Shown here in pieces: positions 50,423 to 62,785 of a stretch of DNA of 64,000 nt. The DNA comes from Chiloscyllium plagiosum. Lineage: Eukaryota. Position 1 is the stretch's first letter. Each line of letters opens with the position of its first letter. The translations under genes and the position numbers were made by a program. The DNA lies in assembly GCF_004010195.1 (NCBI RefSeq), contig NC_057746.1:26804070-26868069 (forward strand), read 5' to 3'. The notes beneath the pieces are model-generated. The model worked only from the letters and a program-made list of their open reading frames with translations, made no database searches and was not told the DNA's origin.

Positions 50423-53400
50423 ATGCAAACCGTTCAAAGATGGATGTTCCTGAATGTCATGACCGTTTTCCTGCAGACAGGTGAGTCTCTGCCCTGCTAT
50501 TACCGCGTATGTACATGTGGGGCTTTAACACGGACGAAAGGACAAACTAAAAGCGAAAGAATGAACGTAGTGAATGCTGTGAATCAGAGACCAAAACAAA
50601 ACCCCACATAAATTGCTGGAAAAGCTCCGCAGGTCTGGCAGCATCTGTGGAGAGAAATCAGAGTTAACTTTTCGGGCCCAGTTCTGAGGTAGGGTCACTC
50701 GACCCGAACCCGCTAACTCTTATTTCTCTCCGCAGATGCTGCCAGACCTGCTGAGCTTTTCCAGCAATTTCTGTTTTTGTTTCTGAAGGGACAATCTGGT
50801 ACCTTCGAGGAGAGTTGCTTCTTATTAAGCAGCTCTAAGCCATCGAGGGTGACTCCCTTCCACTCCAGTGTTGTGAGCCCTGAGGTGACTAAACTGTCCA
50901 ATATTAGAGCAAACAAAAAAAAACTGAAGTTGCTGGAAAAGCTCAGCAGGCCTGATCGCATCTGTCAGAGTTTTGAGGAAGGGTCTCCGGACCCGACACG
51001 CTGATTTCTCTCCACAAATGCTGCCAGACCTGCTGAGGTTTTCCGGCAACTTCTGCTTTTGTTTCTGTTTTACAGCATCCACTGTTCTTTCGGTTTTTGT
51101 CCAATACTGGACCCTCCCACTTTTGTGGTGTTTGCTGAACCAAGTTAACGGTTAATCAAGTCACAGTGTGTGTAGGAGAGAAAATGTTTTGATTAATACT
51201 GTGGAGTAATGTAGATTGGTACATTTTGGTGAGAAGAGGGTTGAGAGGCATCATTAAGTGAAGTCTATCAAGACGGTGCACATGTGCATGAGTCATTAAA
51301 GGTGGCAAGACAGTTTGAGTGTGGCTAGCGCAGCAAACAGTATCCGAGGCCTTTTTAATGCATGAAGGGCAATTGTAAAGAAGTTATGTAGAAGGTGGAC
51401 AAGACACTGGTTCAGCCTCAGCTGGAGTATTATAAGTTAGGAAGGACGTGAAAACCTTGGAGAAAGTGCAGAAGTATACAAAACAGTTCCAGGGATGAGG
51501 AATTTCAGTTACGAAGGTAGATTGGAGAAGCCAGAACTGTCCTCCTTGGAGAAGGAAAGGCAGAGGGAAGAATTGATTGACGTGTTTAAACTCTGAGACG
51601 TTGGGAAGAGTAACTAGGGAGAAAGTGTTCCCACTCGTGGAAAGGTGGAGAATAAGAACGCAAGAGTTAAAGCAATTAGTAAAAGAAGCAAAAGTATTAT
51701 GAAGAAAGGAATTTTCCTGCGGCGAGTAGTTAGGCTATAAAGTAAACTGCCTGAGAATGTAATGGAGTACAGTTGGAGCAGAGACGGGACTTGATTGAGT
51801 TGTTTTAATCAACCTGTTTAAAAATACTATTACACACTTCTGGAGCAGGTGCGACTTGAACCTGGGTCTCCTGGCTCAAAGGACGGGACTACCGTGCCAC
51901 TGAAGTTTCTCCTGATGTGTTATAAAAGAGTATAAGGGTGGTGAGAGGGTGTAGGAGTAGCAGTTATTAACCCCTTAGGTTAACGGTGAATAACCAGGGG
52001 ACGTTATTTATGGTGAAGGATGTGACGTTTCGAAGGGATTTGAAGAAACCCAGAGGGTGGCGGGAATTTGAAATGCATTTCTTTGGAGGCTAGCTGTGGC
52101 AGGAAACCACGTAACCTTTAAAATGCATTTGTTTGAGCAATGGAAATACCATAACATTCAAGGTTGTGGGCCAAGTACTGGAACATGGGATTACTATAGA
52201 TTTAGAAATGTGTTTGTCGAGTACAGCGTTAATGGGGCGAAGAGCCTCTTCTTTACTGCGTGATTCTATGATTCCAGAGAAATTTACCAGCGGAGTTAGA
52301 CTGCTCTCTGAAAGGGAACAACGGGCATGCTTATGGGGGAAGGCAGAAAATAGAACACGGAGCTGGAAATATGGGGAGCTGGTGCAGAAGGGATTCCGGA
52401 TGCAGAAGGAGGCCGTTCGGCCCTACATTGTATCTGCACCATCTGTCCTATGAGCCTCGTCACTTTGAACCTTCCCCCTTAATCATGTGCATAGTTTCCA
52501 TTTAAATAAATATCTATTGATCTATCAAATGCCTTAATTAAACCTGCCATCATCACACTTCCAGACTCAAACACTCATTCTGTGAAAAAACTTCTTTTCT
52601 CTGTCACGGTTCTGGAACTGTTTTTGTAGATGTGTTCCGCAATCCTTCGAATGCATTCTCATCCTTCCCATAGTTTGGTGCCCAAAACTGTATACAATAC
52701 CTCAACTGAGGCTTAAAAATGCATACATCCATGACGGGCCAAACTTTCATACAGAGTTACAATTCCATTATGAACAGTTTTATCATAAACGGAAACAGTG
52801 TGGATTGAGGTCATTTGGCCCACGGTTCCTCCTGTGGCTCTTTGAAAGAGTTATTAGATTCCCTACAGTGTGGAAACAGGCCCTTCGGCCCAACAAGTCC
52901 ACACCGACCCACGGAAGAGCAACCCACCCAGACCCATTCCCCTCTGACTTGCACTATGGGCAATTTAGCATGGTCAATTCACCTAACCTGCAGTTCTTTG
53001 GGAGGAAACCGGAGCAAACCCACGCAGACAGGGGGAGAATGAGCAAACACCACACAGACAGTTGCCCAAGGCGGGAATTAAACCTGGGTTCCTGGCGCTG
53101 TGAGGCAACAGTGCTAACCATTGAGCCACCGTGCCACCCTGCTGCTGTTTTCCTATGTTCATTTAACTGATTTCTTTTGCAAGTTTTTAGCTAATTATTT
53201 TGTGTATTCCTATTGCTAATTGGTTTCCAATATGCTTTTAACTGGTGAATTCCAGGTTTCATATGTTATATATATTAACCATTCTCATTTTAGAAAATTC
53301 TGAGGATAGCCACGAAAGATTAATTTCAGTAGTTCTGGAAATAACCAAACCCTTGGACTCCTAACAGAATTTTTAAAATGCAAATACAAAAAATACTGTG

Positions 53401-55797
53401 GAGATCTGAAATTGAAAATAACACAAATTGCTGGAAATATTCAACAGCTCTTGTGACATGATCTGGGAAATAATCAGACTTCAGCATGAAACCTAATTTG
53501 GGAGATCATATCCCTCATTTTTGTAGTTGATTAACATTGTGGTTTCTCACTGAAACATGTTGCCGTGTATCTGCAGATATTATTTCGAACAACAATCTTT
53601 TTTTTACACAAATGAAAAATAAAAGACACAGCTAGCTAGGAAGATTTCAATTCTAACACTAAAACAAAGATTCAATCTGTTTTCCAAAGTAATTGCTGCA
53701 CAGACTCAGTCCCAGAGATACAGCGTTCCTATCTCAGATTTTCAAAATCTTACTTAATTCACAGCAAATGGGGAAATGTGAATTTGCCGATTTTGGCAGG
53801 AAGAATAAAAAAGTAGCATACTATTTAAATGGGAAGGGTTTGCAAAACTCAAAGGCTCAAAGTGATCTTGGCACCCGATACATGAATCACCAAGAGCTAG
53901 TTTGCACATACAGCGAGTAATTAGCAAGACGTTTGGAATTTTTTTCTCTGGAGGGGAATGAAATATAAGAGTTAGGAAATCTGACTATGGAGGTTATGGA
54001 TGAGGTCACATCTGGCACATGATGTACAATTTCCATCTTGGGCTGTGGGCATCACTGGCAAGCTTGGCATTTGTTCAAGATTTGTGCTTGTTGCCAAACC
54101 CAAATTAACTTTACTAGGCTATTTCAGAGAGCACATCCAGCCCCACCCACCGCCTCCTATTTATCTCTCCACCCTCGAGGCTTCCAGCCACATTCCTGAT
54201 GAAGGGCTTTTGCCTGAACTTCGATTTTCCTGCTCCTTACCTGACCTGCTGTGCTTTTCTAGCGCCACATTCTTGACTCCATTTCAGAAGGCAGTTTAGA
54301 GTCAACAGAATTGCTTTGGATCTGAAGTCAGACTTCCCTCCCCAAAACATATTAGTTTTACAAACATTTCAGATACTTCAACAGTCACCGTTATTCAAAA
54401 GAATTAATAATCTTTGGATTGCTTTTATTAATAATGTGTTGAACCCATGTTCCAGGAGCATTACCTTGCACCTTTGGATTACTAATCCAGTATTTATTTT
54501 TAAATGTAGCCTATTATCCTAATGTTATGGCACATATCTAGAGTTGGTGAGACTTGACCCTGGTCTCTCAGTTTTGGGGAAAATAGAGTACCACTGCACC
54601 ACAAGAGGCCCCAATCCAGTGAACTTTACATTTAAGTGAAAAGTCTCTCAACCTTCTAATTAATTGATACTTCACACTCAAATACATAGGGGCACTGTTT
54701 ATTCTTTATTGGCATGTGAGCATCATTGGCACAACTGACATTTATTTCTGAATCTGAATAACACTAGAGAGACTGATGATTGGACATCATTTTTAATAAC
54801 TAGTGCTGTTTAGAACAGAGTTCCAGAATTTTGACCTATTAACAGTAAGGAACAGTGATATAGTGCCAAGTCTGAAAGATGTTTCTCTTGGAAGGGAACA
54901 CGTGGTTTTCCTATGCCTCTGCAGCCATTATCCTCCTATCTGATAGAGATCGCAGGTTGGAATTTGATGTAAAAGGAGACTTAGCGAGTGCAATTTGTCG
55001 ATGGTTATTTCTGCTGCCACTTTGCAATGTCACAGAGAGCTTGAATATTGAAGCTTGGATGGGGTGCCAAACTATCTATCTGCTTTGACTGGGATGATGT
55101 CTGTTTCCTGAAATGTTGAAACTGTAACTGTTTGAGCAGACCTCTCAAACAGTATCGCAGACCTCTCCTGTATCCCACATATTAGAGGAAGGCTTTGGGG
55201 AATCTAGAAGTTAAGTTGTTGTTTCAAACAGATGTGAATGTCGGGAATTCTCCACCTCAGAGAGGAGTGGATGCTGAGTCATTGAATATGAAAGAAATTG
55301 ATCAAATTTTGGATTCCTTAGGATTGAATTTCTTGAGAATTATTCTGGAGGTGTTCTTGAGGTAGAAAATCATCCATTATTTTAGTTATTGGTGGAGCAA
55401 GCTCCAAGTTGTGACTGCTATTGATCATGTGTCCTTATGAAATTGCTCCATTGTAATCCAGACAACGTGCTGATGAGAGAAGTCAAAGTGGTGCAGTCTC
55501 CAAATGTTCATGTGACAGAAGGTGAATCTGTGCAGCTGAACTGCACCTTTGATGTACTGAACACTGTTGGACGAATTGTTTGGAGGCGTGCCATTGAAAA
55601 CATGGAAATTTCGAACAGTAATCCTTTCTATAAGAGACGGCTGGAGAAGTCGGGGGCTGAGTTATTTGTCCAGGGCAAGGCTTTCATTAAACTCAACAGA
55701 GTATTGAAATTGGACTCGGATTTTTACTACTGTGAGGTGGAATTCCCGGCAATTGGGAGTCGCAACGGGACCGCAACACAACTTGTTGTAACTGACA
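50423..55797 (+). CDS. NCR3: Gene C: NKp30/NCR3-like V-set receptor, 5' part only; join(50423..50480, 55462..55797)
   Basis: Leader MQTVQRWMFLNVMTVFLQT G|gtgagt (phase 1). V exon ccag|...A|gtaagt, 336 nt: VVQSPNVHVTEGESVQLNCTF..VGRIVW..DSDFYYCEV..NGTATQLVV. TM exon not found before 64000. Symbol is family-level. Confidence 0.75.
50610..51060. repeat. Two palindromic non-autonomous Penelope-derived elements (50610-50770, ~50925-51055) with degenerate hammerhead cores in the loop
   Basis: The ~59-bp arms at 50610-50668 and 50712-50770 are near reverse complements; the loop holds CTGAGGT-A-GGGTC..GACCC-GAAC. Confidence 0.75.
52853..53137 (-). mobile_element. V-SINE
   Basis: Family consensus. 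Confidence 0.85.
55462..55797 (+). CDS. Gene C V-domain exon
   Basis: Canonical V-set Cys/Trp/DxxxYYC with phase 1-1 splice sites. Confidence 0.9.
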
Positions 55798-56779
55798 GTA
55801 AGTAAACAGACAAGGGTTGATTTTAAGTGATTTTTTTTCCCAATATCCTTGCATTTTCATAGCTTATATTCAAGCTCTTCCCCTAATTGCATGCGGGCAT
55901 CATCAATTATATTCGTGGATTTTGATCAGTTTTGGCAATTTGTTTGCAGGGACAAAAGTAAATCCAATAAGAACCGTATCTACTTTGTGGATAATTAATA
56001 GCTCATCCTGTTGTCCTTGCTCTAACTGATACGATGGGTATCCATTCCCCTACTGTGCTCATTCATCCGTGCTGACTCCTCAGCTGCACAACTTGTGACA
56101 TTTCTCCATGGAAACCCTCTCCCTATTGTCATCCCTTCTGCCCCCGGGGGTTCTCTATTCCTTCAATTCTGGACTCTTATGCAAACCACCATTTATAGAA
56201 CAAGGACTAAAGAACGGGACAGCATGAGAACAAGTCCTTCAACCCATCAACCCTTGATTTGACACATAACAATGTACTAAACTGAAAACCTTTTACCTTA
56301 ATGTGGTCCACTTCCCTGTATTCCTTGCTTATTCAAGTATCTGTCAAGATACCTTTTAAACATCACAGTTGTACCTGCTTCTACCACGTCCTCTGTCAAC
56401 GTCCAGGCACTTATCACCCTCTGTGTAAAAGAAATACTTGCCTCTCACATCTCCTTTCTACTCTCCTCCTTCTACCATCAACCTATGCCCTTCAGTAATT
56501 GACATTTCTATCCTCTTTCATTGCAACATTCAGGGTCCTGCCTTCAGCTCCCCAAGCTCTGGAAACTGCTCTCTAAACTTTTCCCTCCATCTAGACCCCA
56601 TTCACCCTCTTAATGCCCCAGGTCTTTACCATTGTATCTTGCATGAAGTGTTTTATGAGATTGTTGATGCATTGGTTTTAATTTTCCAGAATTTCTAATA
56701 TTCCAGATAGATTCAACTGGATAGAACAGGGAAAATATAACTCATTTAATCAAAGAGAGAGACAGAGAGAGAGAGAGAG

Positions 56780-57651
56780 ACAGAAAACATGAACTACAGG
56801 TCAGTTAGTTAACATGTGTCACAGGAAAGATGGTAAAAGCTATCACTAAATATATTATAGCAGTACATTTTGAAAAACACAAAGTAATCAGGCAGAGTTA
56901 ACATGATTTTGTGAAAAAGAAACCATTTCTCACCAACTTATTCTGTTATTCGTGTTGTCAATAAAAGGGAACTGATGGATTTTTAATGCTTATCTTTACA
57001 GAAGGCATTTCAGAAGGCAACACATCAAAGATTATCGTGGAAATGAAAAGTATAGTGACATGGATAGCAGTTTGGCTAGCTAACAGGAAAGAGTAGGCAT
57101 AAATGGGTCACTTTTCAAAAGTGTGCACCAGGGGTTAGTGCTGTGTTCTCATATTTTTATAAATTATCCAAATGACTTGGACAAAGGGACTGAAGCTATC
57201 TTAACCAAATTTGTTGAAAACGCAAAACTAGGTCAGAGAATAAGTCATGAAGAGGACACAAAGGAGGTTACAAAGTGATGTAGAGAGCTTAAGAAATTGG
57301 ACAAAAATATGAAGGATGGATTATAATGTGGAAAAAAATATGAAATTGTTCATTTTGGCAGCAAGAACATTGGAGAAGCGCATCATCCAAATTGAGAATT
57401 TACAGAGTTTTGAGATGCGTTGGGATCTGGATGTCTGATATATGACTCACAATATGTTAGTTTGTGAGGAAAGCAAGTAATAGGAAAGTTAATAGTATAT
57501 TGTTATGTATTGCTAAGGGAATCTAATGCTTAAGTAGGAAAACAATGTTTCTGTTATCCATGATACAGCTGGAATTACGTGTCCTTTTTAAAGAAAGGGT
57601 ATAAATATTTTGGACACTGTTCAGAGAAGATTTGCTTGACTAATACCTGTA
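56780..57651 (+). mobile_element. Old CR1 RT fragment, resuming at ~60541-60870 after Penelope element B
   Basis: NYRSVS..QKAF..VQRRFA*LIP, with the continuation after the TSD. Confidence 0.6.
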
Positions 57652-60540
57652 ATAGGCAAACGTGAGGACTGCAGATGCTGGAAACCAGAGTTTAGATCAG
57701 AGTGGTGCTGGAAAAGCACAGCAGGTCAGGCAGCATGCGGGAGCAGGAAAATCGATGTTTCAGGCAAAAGCCCTTCATCAGGAATAGAGGCAGCAAGCCT
57801 CCAGGGTGGAGAGGTAAATGGGGGTGGGGGGAAGCTGGGGGAAGGGAGGTTGACATGTAGCACAGGTCATGAGGACAGTGCTGAGCTGGAAGGTTGGAAC
57901 TGAGGTAAGGTGGGGGGAGGGGAAATGAGGAAACTGATGAAGTCCTCATTGATGCCCTGGGGTTGAAGTGTTCTGAGGCAGAAGATGAGGCGTTCTTCCT
58001 CCAGGCGTCGGGTGGTGAGGGAGCGGCAGTGGAGGAGGCCTAGGACCTGCATGTCCTCGGCAGAGTGGGAGGGGGAGTTGAAATGTTGGGCCACAGGGCG
58101 GTGGGGATGATTGATGTGGGTGTCCCAGAGATGTTCCCTAAAGTGCTCTGTGAGGAGATGCCCGGTCTCCCCAGTGTAGAGGAGACCGCATCGAGAACAA
58201 CGGATACAACAAATGACATTGGTGAATGTGCAGGTGAAATTTTAATGGATGTGGAAAGCTCCTTTGGGGCCTTGGATGGTGGTGAGGGAGGAGGTGTGGG
58301 CGCAGGTATGGTTAATGCGAAGGTTGGTAGGATGGATAGTGAGGACTGGGGGGTTCTGTCCTTGTTACGGTTGGAGGGGTGGGGTTTGAGGGCAGAGGTG
58401 CGAGATGTGGATGAGATGCGTTGAAGTGCATCTTCAACCACGTGAGAAAGGAAATTGCGATCTCTAAAGAAGGAGCCATTTGTTGTGTTCTGTAGTGGAA
58501 TTGGTCCTCCTGGGTGGAGGCGGAGGAATTGGGAATACGGGATGGCATTTTTGCAGGAGGTAGGGTGGGAAGAGGTGTACTCCAGGTAGCTGTGGGAGTC
58601 GGTGTGTTTGTAAAAAATGTCAGTATCAAGTCGGTCATCATTAATGGAGATGGAGAGGTCCAGGAAGGGGAGGGAGGTTGTCAGATATGGTCCAGGTGAA
58701 TTTAAGGTTGGGGTGGAATATGTTGGTGAACGTGATGAACTGATCAACCTCCTCATGGGAGCACAAGGTGGCTGAACTGCTCAAACTCCTCGCAGGAGCA
58801 TGAGGTGGCCCTCCACCTCCTCCAAGACTTCAGTTTCCCTGGCCCCCAATGCCACATCTTCACTATGGATATCCAGTCCCTCTACACATCCACCGCCATG
58901 ACCAGGGCCTCCAAGCCCTCCATTTCTTCCTCTCCCGACATCCCCAAGAGTACCCTTCCACTGACACTCTCATTCGTTTGGCTGAACTGGTCCTCACCCT
59001 TAACAATTTCTCCTTCAAATCCTCCCACTTCCTCCAGACCAAAGGCATAGCCATGGGCACCCGCATGGGCCCCAGCTATGCCTGTCTCTTTGTCGGCTAT
59101 GTAGAACAGTCCATCTTCCATAGCTACACCGGCATCACTCCTAACCTCTTCCTCTGCTACATTGATGACTGTATCGGTGCCACCTTGTGCTCCCGCAAGG
59201 AGGTTGAGCAATTCATCAACTTCACCACCACATTCCACCCTGACCTTAACTTCACCTGGACCATCTCTGACATCTCCCTCCTCTTCCTGGACCTCTCCAA
59301 CTCCATTAATGATGACTGACTTGACACAGACATTTTTTACAAACTCACCGACTCCCACAGCTACCTGGATTACACCTCTTCCCATCCTACCTCCCGCAAA
59401 AATGCCATCCCATATTCCCAATTCATCCGCCTCCTCCGTATCTGCTCCCAGGAGGATCAGTCCCAACATAGAACACACCAGATGACTTCCTTCTTTAGAG
59501 ATCACAATTTCCCGTCTCACATGGTTGAAGATGCCCTCCAACGCATCTCATCCACATCTCGCACCTCTGCCCTCAAACCCCACCCCTCCAACCGTAACAA
59601 GGGCAGAACCCCCCCAGTCCTCACCTTCCACCCTACCAACCTTCACATTAACCATATCATCCGCCGAAATTTCCACCACCTCCAAACAGACCCCACCACC
59701 AGAGAAATATTTCCCTCACCATCTCTCTCCACTTTCCGCAAAGACCGTTTCCTCCGTGACTACCTGGTCAGGTCCATGCCCCCCAACATACCACCCTCCC
59801 ATCCTGGCACCCTCCCCTGCTACCGCAAGAATTGCAAAACCAGCGCCCACACCTCCCCCCCTCACGTCCATCCAAGGCCCCAAAGGAGCCTTCCACATCC
59901 ATCAAAGTTTCACATGCATACCCATCAATGTATACGTTGTATACGTTGCTCCCGATGCGGTCTCCTCTACACTGGTGAGACTGGACGTCTCCTCGCAGAG
60001 CGCTTCAGGGAACATCTCTGGGACACCTGCACCAATCAACCCCACTGCCCCGTAGCCCAACAGTTCAACTTCCCCTCCCACTCTGCTGAGGACATGCAGG
60101 TCCTAGGCCTCCTCCACCACCGCTCCCTCACCACCCGATGCATGGAGGAAGAACACCTCATCTTCCGCCTCAGAACACTTCAACCCCAGTGCATCAATGT
60201 GGACTTCACCAGTTTCCTCATTTCCCCTCCCCCCACCTTACCTCAGTTCCAACCTTCCACTCAGCACTGCTCTCATGACCTGTGCAAACTGCCAATCTCC
60301 CTTCCCACCTATCTGTTCTACCCTCCTCTCTGACCTATCACCTCCATCCCCACCCCCATTCACCTATTGTACTCTTTGCTACCTTCTCGCCAAGCCCCAC
60401 CCACCCATGTGTATCTCTCCACCCTTGAGGCTTCCTGCCTCTTTTCCTGATGAAGGGCTTTTGCCCAAAACATTGATTGTCTTGCTCCTCGGATGCTGTC
60501 TGACCTGCTGTGCTTTTCCAGCATCACTCTGATCTAAACT
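57652..60540. mobile_element. Inverted Penelope-like element B (RT YIDD + GIY-YIG), 12-bp TSD ctaatacctgta
   Basis: QTKGIAMGTRMGPSYACLF..CYIDDC; CSRCGLLYTGETGR..RFREH; mirrored arm 57690-58772; TSD at 57640-57651 and 60541-60552. Confidence 0.9.
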
Positions 60541-60874
60541 CTAATACCTGTACCAGATGAGAAAATTATGAGGTAAGGCTATACTTACTGGTCTTGCATC
60601 CATTGGAAAAATAAGAGGCAAATTTATTGGAACATAGGTCTTTTTCCTAGGGTAGGGGAGTCCAAAACTAGAGAGCATAGCTTTAGATGAGGAGGAAAGA
60701 TTTTAAAAAGGACCTGAAGGGAATTCTTTTCATGCAGAGGGTGATGTGTGTATGGAATGACCTGTGACAGGAATTGGTGGAGGTGGGTACAATTACATAA
60801 TTTAAAAGGCCTTTGGATGGTAGATGAAGAGGAAAGGTTGAGAGGGATGTGTGTCAAATGGTGGCAAATGGGAC

Positions 60875-62785
60875 ATAGAACATAGAACATAGAACATTAC
60901 AGCACAGTACAGGCCCTTCGGCCCTCAATGTTGTGTCGCCCTGTCATACTAATCTGAAGCCCATCCCACCTACACTATTCCATGTACGTCCATATGCCTG
61001 TTCAATGTCGACTTAAATGCACTTAAACTTGGCGAATCTACTACCGTTGCAGGCAAAGCATTCCATACCCTTACTACTCTTTGAGTAAAGAAACTATCTC
61101 TGACATCTGTCTTATACCTATCTCCCCTCACTTTAAAGTTGTGGCCCCTCGTGTTTGCTGTTCCCATACTTGGAAAAAGGCTCTCCCTGTCCACCCGATC
61201 TAACTCTCTGATTATCTTGTATGTCTCTACTAAGTCACCTCTCAACCTTCTTCTCTCTAACGAGAACAGCCTCAAGGCCCTCAGCCTTTCCTCGTAAGAC
61301 ATTCCTTCCATACCAGGCAACATCTCCTCTGCACCCTTTCCAAAGCCTCCACATCCTTCTTATAATGTGGTGACCAGAACTGTACACAATACTCCAAGTG
61401 TGGCCGTACCAGAGCTTTGTACAGCTGCAGCATAACCTCCTTGTTCTGGAACTCAATCCCTCTAGTAATAAAGGCCAAAACACTGTATGCCTTCTTAACA
61501 ACCCTGTCAATCTGGGTGGCAACTTTCAGGGATCTGTATACATGGATACCGAGATCTCTCTGCTCATCTGCACTCCCAAGAATCTTACCATTAGCCCAGT
61601 AATTTGCATTCCAATTACTCCGTCCAAAGTGTATCACCTCACACTTGTCCATATTAAACTCAATTTGCCACCTCTTAGTCCAGCTCTGCATCCTACTACA
61701 TCCTTCGTCACTATCCACAACTCCACTGACCTTAGTGTCGTCCACAAATTTACTAACCCACCCTTCTAAGACCTCATCCAGGTCATTTATAAAAATGACG
61801 ATCAACAGTGGACCCAACACCATCCCTGGCGGTATGCCGCTAGTAACTGGACACCAAGATTAACATGCTCCATCAATTACAACCCTCTGTTTTCTTTCAG
61901 CAAGCCAATTACTGATCCAAACTGCTATGTCTCCCACAATCCCATTCCTCCACATTTTGTATAATAGCCTACTGTGGGGAACCTTATCGAACGCCTTGCT
62001 GAAATCCATATACACCACATCAACCGGTTTACTCTCATCTACCTGTTTGGTCACTTTTATCAAAAAACTCAATAAGATTCGTTAGGCATGACCTACCTTT
62101 CACAAAACCGTGCTGACTGTCCCTGATCAGATTATTCTTTTCTAGATGGTTATAAATCTTATCTCTTATAACCTTTTCCAACTCTTTACCAACAACTGAA
62201 ATGAGACTCACTGGTCTGTATTTACCAGGTTGTCTCTACTACCTTTTTTGAACAAGGGAACCACATTTTCTATCCTCCAGTCCTCTGGCACTATTCCTGT
62301 AGACAATGATGATTTGAAGATCAATGCCAAAGGCTCAGCAATCTCTTCCCTTGCTTCCCACAGGATCCTAGGATAGATCCCATCTGGCCCAGGGGACTTG
62401 TCTATTTTCACACTCTGCAGTATTTCTAATACCACTTCCTTGTGAACCTCAATCTCTTCTCGTCTAGATGCAAGCATCTCTGTATCTTCCTCGCCAACAT
62501 TTTCATTTTCTATAGTGAACACTGTTGAAAAATATTTATTTAGTGCTTCCCCTATCTCCTCTAACTCCACACACAACTTCCCACTATTATCCTTGATTGG
62601 CCCTAATTTAACTCTCATCATTCTTTTATTCCTGACATATCTATGGAAAGCTTTAGGGTTAACCCTGATCCTATCTGCCAACAACTTCTCATGTCTCCTC
62701 CTCGCTCTTCTGAGCTCTCTTTTTAGGTCGTTCCTGACTTCCTTGTAACCCTTGTAACCCTCAAGCACCCTAGCTGAGTTTTCAA
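60875..62785 (-). mobile_element. CR1 LINE 3' half, same subfamily as 30954-34615
   Basis: Near-colinear with ~30955-32835; (atagaac)n tail. Confidence 0.9.
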
